Below are positions 1-12,660 of a DNA stretch of 64,000 nt, piece by piece. Origin of the DNA: Escherichia coli (lineage in GTDB: Bacteria > Pseudomonadota > Gammaproteobacteria > Enterobacterales > Enterobacteriaceae); assembly GCF_016026235.1 (NCBI RefSeq), contig NZ_CP065613.1. One strand, given 5' to 3'. The notes below the pieces were generated by a model. The model searched no databases. It saw nothing but the letters and a program-made list of their open reading frames with translations, and was not told the origin of the DNA. Position numbers and translations under genes: made by a program. Position 1 is the stretch's first letter. Every line of letters starts with the position of its first letter.

Positions 1-164
1 ATGCGGGTCATGAAGTTACCAGAACCACTTGAACCAAACAGCGTAGCGGAAGCGCCTGCTCCGAAGGAGGCTCCCATATCAGCGCCTTTACCTTGCTGCA
101 GCATGATCAGACCAACAAGGCCAATTGCCACAATAAGGAAAACTACCAAAAGAGCTTCGTACAT
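1..164 (-). CDS. secG: Preprotein translocase subunit SecG, N-terminal part; gene runs off the window start
   Basis: Minus-strand ATG at 164..162 translates MYEALLVVFLIVAIGLVG...; absent from the ORF track because truncated by the window edge; synteny upstream of glmM. Confidence 0.8.
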   Translation of the reverse strand, partial: MYEALLVVFLIVAIGLVGLIMLQQGKGADMGASFGAGASATLFGSSGSGNFMTR

Positions 165-344
165 AATCAACCTGTTCCTTGCGGAGTTGCCGCGTACCAA
201 TGCTTCAACCAATAAAGCGGGAGTTTTTAATCTTTCCCACTGAAGCGGGTGTGAATACTAACCAAAGCGAATGACCTTCGCAAGGGCAATTTTATCGCAT
301 TGTATCAACTGCGGAAAAAAACAGCAAAACCGATGTGTTCGCCG

Positions 345-370
345 AGAAAAAAGGCGACAATCGCCGCCTT
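345..370 (-). terminator. Rho-independent terminator downstream of glmM
   Basis: Plus-strand aaggcgacaa/tcgccgcctt hairpin at 351..370 preceded by an A-run at 347..350, which gives hairpin plus U-run on the minus-strand transcript. Confidence 0.6.
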
Positions 371-391
371 TTTAGCCAGTTATCTAACGCT

Positions 392-1729
392 TTAAACGGC
401 TTTTACTGCATCGGCGATGCGGTGTGCAAATTCAGTCACCTGCGCTTCGTCTTCGCCTTCCACCATCACGCGAATTAACGGTTCGGTGCCGGATTTACGC
501 AACAGCACACGTCCACGGCTACCCAGCGCCGCTTCAACTTCTGCGGTCACGGCTTTAACTGACTCATGCTCAAGCGGATCGCCGCTACCTGCGGTGTAAC
601 GCACGTTTACCAGGATTTGCGGGAACATTTTCATGCCGCTGCAAAGGTCGTGCAGGCTCATATGGTTACGCGCCATCGCCGCCAGCACCTGCAAACCAGC
701 AACGATGCCGTCACCGGTAGTGGTTTTATCCAGCAGGATCACATGACCGGAATTCTCTGCACCGATACGCCAGCCTTTCTCCTGCATTTTTTCCAGTACG
801 TAGCGGTCACCCACTTTCGCGCGCGCAAATGGAATACCTAACTGTTTCAGCGCCAGTTCAAGCCCCATGTTGCTCATCAATGTACCCACAGCGCCACCAC
901 GCAGCTGGCCCTGACGAAGACCTTCACGCGCGATGATATACATGATCTGATCGCCATCGACTTTATTGCCTTCATGGTCAACCATAATCACGCGATCGCC
1001 GTCGCCGTCGAAGGCAATACCGAGATCCGCTTTTTCAGCCAGCACACGAGCCTGGAGCGCGCGAACGTCGGTAGCCCCCACTTCGGCATTGATGTTTACA
1101 CCGTTTGGCTCACAACCGATAGCGATAACATTCGCTCCCAGTTCGCGCAGCACGTTCGGCGCGATGTGATAAGTCGCACCGTTTGCGCAATCCACCACAA
1201 TCTTCAGTTCACTGAGGCTAAGTTCGTTCGGGAACGTGGCTTTGCAAAACTCGATATAGCGACCCGCAGCATCAACGATACGGCTGGCTTTACCCAGTTC
1301 TGCCGAATCAACACAGCTGATCTCTTTTTCCATTTCCGCTTCGATGGCTTCTTCAACTGCATCCGGCAGCTTAGTACCGTCAATAGAAAAGAATTTAATG
1401 CCATTATCGTAGAACGGGTTATGCGATGCAGATATCACAATTCCGGCCTCTGCGCGGAAGGTACGCGTCAGATAAGCCACGGCCGGTGTTGGCATCGGGC
1501 CAGTGAAGAGTGCGGAAAGGCCCGCAGCCGCCAGCCCCGCTTCCAGTGCTGACTCCAGCATATAGCCAGAAATACGCGTGTCTTTACCAATAATAATCTT
1601 ACGGGAGCCGTGGCGCGCCAGCACTTTACCCGCGGCCCAACCCAGCTTAAGCACAAAATCAGGTGTGATCGGCGCATCCCCTACACGACCACGAATCCCA
1701 TCGGTACCGAAATATTTACGATTACTCAT
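392..1729 (-). CDS. glmM: Phosphoglucosamine mutase
   Basis: ORF track 445 aa, [17 protein letters not shown]... with SASHNP active-site motif; ATG at 1729..1727. Confidence 0.95.
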   Translation of the reverse strand: MSNRKYFGTDGIRGRVGDAPITPDFVLKLGWAAGKVLARHGSRKIIIGKDTRISGYMLESALEAGLAAAGLSALFTGPMPTPAVAYLTRTFRAEAGIVISASHNPFYDNGIKFFSIDGTKLPDAVEEAIEAEMEKEISCVDSAELGKASRIVDAAGRYIEFCKATFPNELSLSELKIVVDCANGATYHIAPNVLRELGANVIAIGCEPNGVNINAEVGATDVRALQARVLAEKADLGIAFDGDGDRVIMVDHEGNKVDGDQIMYIIAREGLRQGQLRGGAVGTLMSNMGLELALKQLGIPFARAKVGDRYVLEKMQEKGWRIGAENSGHVILLDKTTTGDGIVAGLQVLAAMARNHMSLHDLCSGMKMFPQILVNVRYTAGSGDPLEHESVKAVTAEVEAALGSRGRVLLRKSGTEPLIRVMVEGEDEAQVTEFAHRIADAVKAV

Positions 1730-2570
1730 AGCGTTTGTTTTCCTTTGCAGACAGAGTGGCTTCCACCACCCGCATCGCTTCTACGGTTTCTTTGACGTCA
1801 TGAACACGAATGATGTGCGCGCCTTGCATTGCGGCAATGACCGCACAGGCCAGACTACCGCTCAGGCGCTCGGACGGCCCCACGTTCAGCAGCTGCCCAA
1901 TCATCGATTTTCGTGACATACCCACCAACAGCGGCAGGTTGAAATGGTGAAATTCAGCCAGGCGCGCCAGTAATGAATAGTTATGGGAGAGATTTTTACC
2001 GAAACCGAATCCGGGGTCGAGCAACAATTTCTCTTTTGCGATACCCGCCTGCTCGCAACGTGCTATTTGCTCAATAAAGTAGCGATTCACTTCTGCAAAG
2101 ACATCGTCATACTTCGGGGCTTCCTGCATGGTTTTTGGATTTCCCTGCATATGCATCAGACAAACCGGTAAACCGGTTTCTGCAGCCGCCTCCAGAGCGC
2201 CAGGTTCGGAAAGGGAGCGGATATCGTTAATAATGTGAGCGCCAACTTTCGCTGACTCACGGATGACTTCTGGTTTGGATGTATCGACCGAGATCCAGAC
2301 TTCGAAGCGTTGAGCAATTGCCTCAACCACAGGAATAACACGTTGCAACTCTTCTTCAACGCTAACTTCCGCCGCCCCTGGGCGCGTGGACTCGCCACCA
2401 ACGTCAATGATCGTCGCGCCAGCGTTGATCATCAGATTCGCATGTTTCACCGCATCTATCAGCGAGTTATGCGTGCCACCATCCGAAAAGGAATCAGGCG
2501 TGACGTTGAGGATCCCCATTACGTGAGGATGGCTAAGGTCCAGTGAAGTGCCCTGGGCAAAGAGTTTCAT
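1722..2570 (-). CDS. folP: Dihydropteroate synthase
   Basis: ORF track 1722..2636; trimmed to the ATG giving [28 protein letters not shown]..., 282 aa; overlaps glmM start by 8 nt. Confidence 0.93.
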
Positions 2571-2659
2571 GGTGTTATCCCTGGTATGAATTGATAAGAA
2601 AAAACCCCGGAGCACGCCCCGGGGTTTTCGGTACAAATACAGTCATCTGATGCGGGAAC

Positions 2660-4594
2660 TTACTTGTCGCCTAACTGCTCTGACATGGTGTTACCCGGGT
2701 TCGGCGTACGCGGTTCATCAACCGGACGAGGAGCCTTTGGACTACCATTGTCGCCAGAATTGTTAGAAGCGCCTGGTTCTTCCCAGCCCGCTGGCGGACG
2801 TACATCGCGACGTGCCATCAGGTCATCAATCTGCGGTGCGTCGATAGTCTCATATTTCATGAGAGCATCTTTCATCGCATGCAGAATATCCATATTGTCG
2901 GTCAGAAGCTGACGCGCACGATTATAGTTACGCTCAATCAGTGCTTTCACTTCCTGGTCGATGATACGTGCAGTTTCATCGGACATATGTTTCGCTTTCG
3001 CTACGCTACGGCCGAGGAACACTTCACCTTCTTCTTCCGCGTACAGCAGTGGACCCAATTTCTCAGAGAAGCCCCACTGAGTCACCATGTTACGTGCCAG
3101 GTTGGTCGCAACTTTAATATCGTTGGACGCACCGGTAGAAACATGTTCCGGCCCGTAGATGATCTCTTCTGCCAGACGACCACCGTACAGCGTAGAAATC
3201 TGGCTTTCCAGTTTCTGACGGCTGGCGCTGATTGCGTCGCCCTCAGGCAAGAAGAAAGTCACACCCAGCGCACGACCGCGTGGGATAATCGTCACTTTGT
3301 GCACCGGATCGTGCTCCGGCACCAGGCGACCGATAATCGCATGACCCGCTTCGTGGTAAGCCGTCGATTCTTTCTGCGCTTCCGTCATCACCATGGAGCG
3401 ACGTTCCGCACCCATCATGATTTTGTCTTTCGCTTTCTCGAACTCAACCATCGACACAACGCGTTTGTTGCCACGAGCAGCGAACAGTGCCGCTTCGTTC
3501 ACCAGGTTCGCCAGGTCAGCACCGGAGAAACCAGGAGTACCACGGGCAATGATTGCCGCGTCGATATCGGGTGCCAATGGTACGCGACGCATGTGAACTT
3601 TCAGGATCTGCTCACGACCGCGAACATCTGGCAAGCCGACCACAACCTGACGGTCGAAACGGCCAGGACGCAGCAGGGCTGGGTCGAGAACGTCCGGACG
3701 GTTAGTCGCGGCGATAACGATGATACCTTCGTTACCTTCGAAGCCATCCATCTCAACCAGCATCTGGTTCAGAGTCTGTTCACGTTCATCGTGACCACCG
3801 CCCAGACCTGCGCCACGCTGGCGGCCTACGGCGTCGATTTCATCGATAAAGATGATGCACGGTGCCGCTTTCTTCGCCTGTTCGAACATGTCACGAACAC
3901 GGGATGCACCCACACCGACGAACATTTCTACGAAGTCAGAACCGGAGATAGTAAAGAACGGAACTTTCGCTTCGCCTGCAATCGCTTTCGCCAGCAGCGT
4001 TTTACCGGTACCTGGAGGACCGACCATCAGGACGCCTTTCGGGATCTTACCGCCGAGTTTCTGGAAGCGGCTCGGCTCGCGCAGATACTCAACCAGTTCA
4101 GCAACTTCTTCTTTTGCTTCGTCGCAGCCCGCAACGTCAGCAAAGGTCGTTTTGATCTGATCTTCCGTCAGCATGCGCGCTTTGCTCTTACCAAACGACA
4201 TGGCACCTTTGCCACCGCCGCCCTGCATTTGACGCATGAAGAAGATCCAGACACCAATCAGCAACAGCATCGGGAACCAGGAGATGAAGATAGAAGCCAG
4301 CAGGCTTGGTTCTTCAGGCGGTTCACCGACAACCTTGACGTTCTTGGTCAACAGGTTATCCAGTAATTTCGGATCCTGAACCGGAATGTAAGTGGTATAA
4401 CGGTTACTATCTTTCTTGGTAACGTTGATTTCACGTCCGTTGATACGCGCTTCACGAACCTGGTCGTTATTGACCTCTTGTAGGAAGGTAGAGTAATCCA
4501 CCTTACGGCCATTAGACTCGCTGGGCCCAAAGCTCTGGAATACTGACATCAGCACAACGGCAATGACCAGCCAGAGTATTAGGTTTTTCGCCAT
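2660..4594 (-). CDS. ftsH: ATP-dependent zinc metalloprotease FtsH (HflB)
   Basis: ORF track 647 aa; trimmed to [13 protein letters not shown]..., 644 aa; Walker A GPPGTGKT and HEAGH zinc motif present. Confidence 0.95.
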
Positions 4595-4693
4595 GTCACT
4601 CAAGGGATTAACCTCTTATTACAACTGTGTTAAAAACAGCGTCAGGATACTCTATATCCAGCATCTTTCAAACTTTCGTCTGAAATCTCCCGG

Positions 4694-5323
4694 TTAGGGT
4701 TTACGCCCGGTCGCTACAATATACACTTCCCGCGAACGTGCACGAGAAGAGTCCGGCTTACGAACTTTGACCTTCGTAAACAGGGAGCGAATTTCCCTTA
4801 GATACTCATCGAAACCTTCGCCCTGGAACACCTTCACTACAAAACTGCCACCTGGCGCTAATACATCACGACACATTTCTAGCGCCAGTTCCACCAGATA
4901 CATGGCACGGGGGATATCCACCGCCGGTGTTCCGCTCATGTTTGGTGCCATATCGGACATGACAACCTGGACTTTGCTGTCGCCAACGCGCTCCAGCAGT
5001 GCTTTCATCACCAGTTCATCACGAAAATCGCCCTGAAGAAAGTCCACACCAACGATAGGATCCATAGGTAAAAGATCGCAAGCGATGATGCGGCCTTTGC
5101 CGCCAATTTGGGTGACCACATATTGTGACCAACCACCCGGAGCAGCACCAAGGTCGACAACCGTCATTCCCGGTTTAAAGAGTTTGTCACTTTGCTGTAT
5201 TTCATCAAGTTTAAACCAGGCACGGGAACGTAACCCCTTTTTCTGTGCCTGTTGAACATATTTATCGCTAAAGTGTTCCTGAAGCCAGCGGCTGGAGCTG
5301 GCAGAACGCTTCTTACCTGTCAT
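4694..5323 (-). CDS. rlmE: 23S rRNA 2'-O-ribose U2552 methyltransferase RlmE (FtsJ)
   Basis: ORF track 209 aa, [42 protein letters not shown]...; synteny upstream of ftsH. Confidence 0.95.
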
Positions 5324-5448
5324 TTAACTTTCCCATGGGGATAACTCATCGTAACCAATTGCGTAAATTTTTACGCGCCTATTTGGTGATATATGGGAGA
5401 TGGCGGTAGAATGACCCGTTTTCAATCCCAACGTAAGCAAAAAATACG

Positions 5449-5742
5449 ATGAATCTGAGTACTAAACAAAAACAGCACCTGAAAGGTCTGGCACATCCGC
5501 TCAAGCCAGTTGTTCTGCTTGGCAGTAATGGTTTGACCGAAGGGGTGCTGGCCGAGATTGAACAAGCGTTAGAGCACCATGAACTCATCAAGGTGAAAAT
5601 CGCCACCGAAGATCGCGAAACTAAAACCTTGATCGTGGAAGCTATCGTGCGCGAAACCGGCGCCTGTAATGTACAGGTCATCGGTAAAACGCTGGTGCTT
5701 TATCGCCCAACTAAAGAACGTAAAATCTCGCTGCCACGCTAA
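5449..5742 (+). CDS. yhbY: RNA-binding protein YhbY (CRS1/CRM domain)
   Basis: ORF track 97 aa, MNLSTKQKQHLKGLAHPLKPVVLLGSNGLTEGVLAEIEQALEHHELIKVKI... Confidence 0.93.
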   Translation: MNLSTKQKQHLKGLAHPLKPVVLLGSNGLTEGVLAEIEQALEHHELIKVKIATEDRETKTLIVEAIVRETGACNVQVIGKTLVLYRPTKERKISLPR

Positions 5743-5830
5743 GATTATCCTAAAGTTACACACATTTGCTGTGTAAAACGAGGGGTTTTCCGCAGGCAGG
5801 AGAGCAAAATGCCACGCTCTGTTCGTTGAT

Positions 5831-5857
5831 AAAAGGCCGCATAGCGGCCTTTTTCCT
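5831..5857 (+). terminator. Hairpin terminator between convergent yhbY and greA
   Basis: aaaaggccgc-ata-gcggccttttt: GC stem with flanking A-run and T-run. Confidence 0.6.
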
Positions 5858-5897
5858 TTCTTTACAATACATCAACATCTTGAGTATTGGGTAATTC

Positions 5898-6374
<477 letters not shown>

Positions 6375-6621
6375 TTGTTATACCTCTTGAATATTCCTGA
6401 TGGGGCAAGTCTTCACCCACCCCGGCTGTTCGGCCTGCCCGGCATAACTCCTCACCGGGACCAGAAGCAAAAAAATACCGACCCAGGTACAAGTCCCAGG
6501 TCAGCTACAATTCACATTTTGATAGTCATTTTACCCTGAAGTTCCCGAAGGGTCATCGTTTACTTTATAGGGCGTTGCGCCGTAGTATGACGGCTCGATT
6601 CCAGGTTGTTAGCGCGAGATT

Positions 6622-8055
6622 ATGCGATTTTCCAGATTTATCATCGGATTGACCAGCTGTATAGCGTTTAGTGTTCAGGCCGCAAATGTTGATGAGTACA
6701 TTACTCAACTCCCCGCTGGTGCCAACCTTGCCCTGATGGTGCAAAAAGTCGGCGCGTCGGCCCCCGCTATTGATTACCACAGTCAGCAGATGGCGCTGCC
6801 CGCCAGTACGCAGAAAGTGATTACTGCGCTGGCGGCGTTGATTCAACTCGGCCCCGATTTTCGTTTCACCACGACGCTTGAAACCAAAGGCAATGTGGAA
6901 AACGGCGTACTTAAGGGTGACTTAGTGGCGCGATTTGGTGCCGATCCGACGTTAAAACGTCAGGATATTCGCAATATGGTCGCGACTTTGAAAAAATCTG
7001 GCGTCAACCAAATTGATGGCAATGTGTTAATAGATACCTCCATTTTCGCCAGCCACGATAAAGCCCCCGGCTGGCCATGGAATGACATGACACAATGCTT
7101 TAGCGCTCCGCCTGCCGCCGCCATAGTTGACCGCAACTGTTTCTCCGTCTCGCTCTACAGTGCCCCAAAACCTGGTGATATGGCTTTTATACGCGTGGCA
7201 TCTTATTACCCCGTTACGATGTTCAGCCAGGTACGCACCCTCCCCCGTGGTTCTGCCGAAGCGCAATACTGCGAACTGGATGTCGTACCAGGCGACCTGA
7301 ACCGCTTTACGCTAACGGGATGCCTGCCGCAACGTTCTGAGCCGCTCCCGTTGGCTTTTGCCGTGCAGGATGGAGCCAGCTATGCCGGGGCAATTCTGAA
7401 AGATGAGTTAAAACAGGCAGGTATCACCTGGAGCGGAACACTGCTGCGCCAGACTCAGGTTAACGAACCTGGAACGGTAGTTGCCAGTAAACAGTCGGCC
7501 CCGTTGCACGATCTGCTTAAGATTATGCTGAAAAAGTCGGACAACATGATCGCCGATACGGTTTTCCGCATGATAGGCCATGCGCGCTTCAATGTGCCTG
7601 GAACATGGCGGGCCGGGTCGGACGCCGTGCGTCAGATCCTGCGCCAGCAAGCCGGTGTCGATATTGGAAACACCATTATTGCCGATGGTTCAGGGCTTTC
7701 GCGGCATAACCTGATTGCCCCCGCCACCATGATGCAGGTGCTGCAATACATTGCCCAACACGACAATGAACTTAACTTTATCTCCATGCTGCCGCTGGCG
7801 GGCTATGACGGCTCTTTGCAGTACCGTGCAGGTCTGCATCAGGCGGGCGTGGATGGAAAAGTCTCAGCGAAAACCGGTTCGTTGCAGGGGGTATATAACC
7901 TGGCGGGATTCATTACCACAGCGAGCGGGCAACGAATGGCGTTTGTACAATATCTTTCTGGCTATGCAGTAGAACCGGCGGATCAGCGTAATCGCCGTAT
8001 TCCGTTAGTGCGTTTTGAAAGCCGTTTGTATAAAGATATTTATCAGAACAATTAG
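6622..8055 (+). CDS. dacB: D-alanyl-D-alanine carboxypeptidase/endopeptidase DacB (PBP4)
   Basis: ORF track 477 aa, MRFSRFIIGLTSCIAFSVQA signal peptide and STQK active-site motif; TAG stop at 8053..8055. Confidence 0.95.
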   Translation: MRFSRFIIGLTSCIAFSVQAANVDEYITQLPAGANLALMVQKVGASAPAIDYHSQQMALPASTQKVITALAALIQLGPDFRFTTTLETKGNVENGVLKGDLVARFGADPTLKRQDIRNMVATLKKSGVNQIDGNVLIDTSIFASHDKAPGWPWNDMTQCFSAPPAAAIVDRNCFSVSLYSAPKPGDMAFIRVASYYPVTMFSQVRTLPRGSAEAQYCELDVVPGDLNRFTLTGCLPQRSEPLPLAFAVQDGASYAGAILKDELKQAGITWSGTLLRQTQVNEPGTVVASKQSAPLHDLLKIMLKKSDNMIADTVFRMIGHARFNVPGTWRAGSDAVRQILRQQAGVDIGNTIIADGSGLSRHNLIAPATMMQVLQYIAQHDNELNFISMLPLAGYDGSLQYRAGLHQAGVDGKVSAKTGSLQGVYNLAGFITTASGQRMAFVQYLSGYAVEPADQRNRRIPLVRFESRLYKDIYQNN

Positions 8056-8069
8056 TCAAAAAGAAACCC

Positions 8070-8082
8070 CGGCACATGGCCG
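8070..8082. repeat. Target-site duplication, left copy (cggcacatggccg), flanking IS4
   Basis: Identical 13-mer directly abuts both IS4 termini, at 8070..8082 and 9508..9520. Confidence 0.85.
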
Positions 8083-9507
8083 TAATGCCAGTCAGTTAAG
8101 CAACTGACTGGCTCTTTTTCGGGGCTGTGGGGTATTTCCAGGGCCTCTCCTTTACCACTCTCGGGAAGGCCCTTCCCCTTCTCGTCGGTAATTTCACAAG
8201 TTGTCCCATACTTGCAAGATCGCGCATCAGCTCCGGTATACGTCCCGGTGAAGCGCCCTGCAATGTCATCAGCATTCTCATCACCATTCCGCATGATTCT
8301 GAGAAACTCAGTTGATTCGGCCAGTAACCTTTCAGATGTTCCGCCATTTTAATCATCTGATATCTCACCAGATTATAAGCCAGTAAGACACCCCACAGCT
8401 CTTGCTCCACAAGCTCCGGCTTTTTACTTCTCAGCGTCAGCCTGCTCAGTTGCATCGTCTGTTTTATCTCCCTGTATCCCAGTTCGATTTCCCAGCGATG
8501 ACTGTACAGATCCGCCATTTCTCCTCCGGGGAAGCGCATGGCGTCCGTCATCGACGTCAGCAGATGGCAGACTTTTCCTTTGCGCGTCACGGTCAGCAGG
8601 CGGGCTGTCACTTCATTTCCCAGTCCCGGCCACTTTTTTCGTGCCTGCGGGCTGGTTTTCAGCTTCACCAGATGATCGCCTTTACCCAGTTTTCTGAGCT
8701 CTTCATATTGCGCTCCCTTTCTGAGAGGTATCATCCAGTGGCGGTGTTCTCCCGCCAGGCTCCAGGCATTTAACAGTCCCAGTGAGTAATAACCTTTATC
8801 CATTAACGTCAGAGTGTTATCGCCGGTTTGTTCTATAAGTTGCTCAGCAAGCTCATTTTCGCTGTTCTTCATCGTGCCGAAGGCTGCAGCCGTCAGCAGA
8901 TGGCTGGTCAGTTCCATCTGGCAGACCATTTTGACCTGCGGGTAGAGCGCCGGGTTCCCGGCATGTGTCTGGCGGGGAAGGCTGCATCGTTCTCTGGTGT
9001 ATCCGGTGTGCGCCAGAACACACCATCGATGGCCAGCAGGGTCAGGCCGCACCAGTGCGGATGCGGCGTGGCGTTATGCCAGAGCTGCGCTGTTTTCGTG
9101 AACACGCGGCGGACAGCCTCACTTCCCAGGCGCTGGCGGGCCTGAATAACGGCACTGGGGGCAACGAAGGGGCGATTGCCCGGCAGCATGATGTCCAGGC
9201 GATTCACAATCTGGTGAAGAGGTTCTTTACGCTCAAGCGCCATGCCAACAATACACCAGACCATCATTTCGAGGGGAAGACGGCGCTTGCGTAGCGTTAC
9301 AGTACCTGATTCGGCAAGGCAACGAGAGATGAGTTCGGGGTCGAGGTAATCCCCCAGAGAAGTCAGTGGGTTACGCAGAGAATCGTAACGGGATACCAGA
9401 TCAAGAGCCTGTCCAATGTGCATAAAAAAATCCGGAAACAAGTGAGCGTTTCCGGATTCTTACACAGCCACTGGATCGGTCAACTGATCCTTAACTGATC
9501 GGCATTA
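8083..9507 (-). mobile_element. Insertion sequence IS4 (IS4 family), 1425 bp, transposase gene disrupted
   Basis: Termini taatgccagtcagttaag at 8083..8100 and ttaactgatcggcatta at 9491..9507 are imperfect inverted repeats; internal ORFs translate to IS4 transposase InsG; flanked by a 13-bp direct repeat. Confidence 0.92.
8096..9423 (-). pseudogene. insG: IS4 transposase InsG, frameshifted: N-terminal part in one frame, remainder in another
   Basis: ORF 8908..9441 gives MHIGQALDLVSRYDSLRNPL...ENDAAFP then changes frame; ORF 8096..9052 continues [17 protein letters not shown]... to KKSQSVA; frames switch at a G4 run at 8974..8977 (C4 on the coding strand). Confidence 0.85.
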
Positions 9508-9520
9508 CGGCACATGGCCG
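9508..9520. repeat. Target-site duplication, right copy (cggcacatggccg), flanking IS4
   Basis: Identical to 8070..8082; removing the IS and one repeat copy restores the hairpin aaaaccccggc-acatg-gccggggtttt. Confidence 0.85.
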
Positions 9521-9532
9521 GGGTTTTGCTGA

Positions 9533-10720
<1,188 letters not shown>

Positions 10721-11686
10721 TCATTCGCCTGCGCGGGGTTGCGATACCACCGTTGTATGCTTACGTAATCCGCCCCAAATACGATGACCAATGGCGGAAT
10801 ACATCGCGCCCGCAACCACGACAAACGCACCGAGATAACCTAAAAGGTTTAACATCGGTCTGGCGAAGAAATCGGGCCAGGCCAGTGATAAAAGATCTGA
10901 AAAAAACAGCGTAAACAGTGGGGTGAGCGTGATGATCGCGCTCACCTGCGCTGCCTGCCAGCGAGCCATCGCTTCCGCCAGGGCGCCATATCCTACCAAG
11001 GTATTCAGTCCGCAAAAAATTAAACATGCGAGCTGCCAGTGGCTAAGCTGCGCTATCACTCCAGGCTTTGCCAGAGGGAAGAGCGCAATTGTACATAAAG
11101 TGTACAGTAAAAACAGGATCTGCGGTGAGGCCAGCCGACGCAATAAAACCTTTTGCGCCACGCCATAACTCACCCAAACCGTCGCCGCACCGACCCCAAA
11201 GATAACTCCCCAGGTGTAATCGGTGAGCTTTGTAAATATCTCGACCAGACTGGTGTTAAAAAACATCACCAGGCCGCTCAGGAGCATCAATGCCCCTACA
11301 ACCTGAGTGCTGCGCATTTTCTCTTTCAGGATAAATACGCTGGCAACCATCATGCCAACTGGCGAGAGTTGCCCAATCACCTGCGAAGCGGTCGGACTCA
11401 GGTATTGCAAGGATGAGCTGAACAGGATGAAGTTCCCAAACAGCCCGGCGGTCGCCACTGCCAACAAAATCAACCAGCGTGGCTTACGAAACACGCGTAA
11501 TGGCGGCAACCTCTTCTTCACCGCAAGAATGGCACCCAGGCCAATACTCGCCATCAAGAAACGGTAAAACACGATTGTCGGAGGTTCCATCACCTCCAGC
11601 ACCTGCTTCATTGCGATTGGCAACGCCCCCCAGCAAATTGCTGTGGTGAGCGCCAAAAGAATGCCAATGCCTGCCTGCTGCTTCAT
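10721..11686 (-). CDS. yhbE: EamA/DMT-family inner membrane transporter YhbE
   Basis: ORF track 321 aa, hydrophobic multi-pass profile; synteny between obgE and rpmA. Confidence 0.88.
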   Translation of the reverse strand: MKQQAGIGILLALTTAICWGALPIAMKQVLEVMEPPTIVFYRFLMASIGLGAILAVKKRLPPLRVFRKPRWLILLAVATAGLFGNFILFSSSLQYLSPTASQVIGQLSPVGMMVASVFILKEKMRSTQVVGALMLLSGLVMFFNTSLVEIFTKLTDYTWGVIFGVGAATVWVSYGVAQKVLLRRLASPQILFLLYTLCTIALFPLAKPGVIAQLSHWQLACLIFCGLNTLVGYGALAEAMARWQAAQVSAIITLTPLFTLFFSDLLSLAWPDFFARPMLNLLGYLGAFVVVAGAMYSAIGHRIWGGLRKHTTVVSQPRAGE

Positions 11687-11757
11687 ACCGTATTCCCTGC
11701 AAAGCGCATTTGCGGATTAACGTCGCACCATGCGCATTTTTACCGGTTATCGAATGT

Positions 11758-11786
11758 AAAAAGCCCCGCAACGTGTTGCGGGGCTT
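11758..11786 (-). terminator. Rho-independent terminator of the rplU-rpmA operon
   Basis: Plus-strand aaaaagccccgcaacgtgttgcggggcttt; on the minus strand a GC hairpin followed by a U-run. Confidence 0.7.
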
Positions 11787-11812
11787 TCATCCGTTACCGG
11801 GACGCGAAAAAC

Positions 11813-12438
<626 letters not shown>

Positions 12439-12660
12439 TCAGAGTGCGCTATAAATATTCACAATAGGGCGCGAATATTACGCAAAACGCACGCCTTTGA
12501 CAAGTGCTACAGTCAATACACGAAGAAAAAAAACACAACTTGTACGGTAACGTTTATCTGTGCCATTTTTTCAGTACAATCACCCTATATTCCTAACCAT
12601 AAACCCTAAGTTGCCTTTGTTCACAGTAAGGTAATCGGGGCGAAAAGCCCGGCTTTTGCG

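Noticed and set aside
1-243. 80-aa plus-strand ORF at the window start
   Set aside because: The opposite strand encodes the start of SecG (MYEALLVVFLIVAIG...), which is the real gene here
2879-4366. 495-aa ORF on the plus strand
   Set aside because: Lies entirely antisense to ftsH, whose translation is unambiguous; the product is low-complexity and rich in R/F/T/H as expected for a reverse-frame artefact in GC-rich coding DNA
8083-9507. Possibility that the insertion is a composite transposon or carries passenger genes
   Set aside because: The element is 1425 bp, bounded by IS4 inverted repeats, and contains only the transposase frame; no extra ORFs fit
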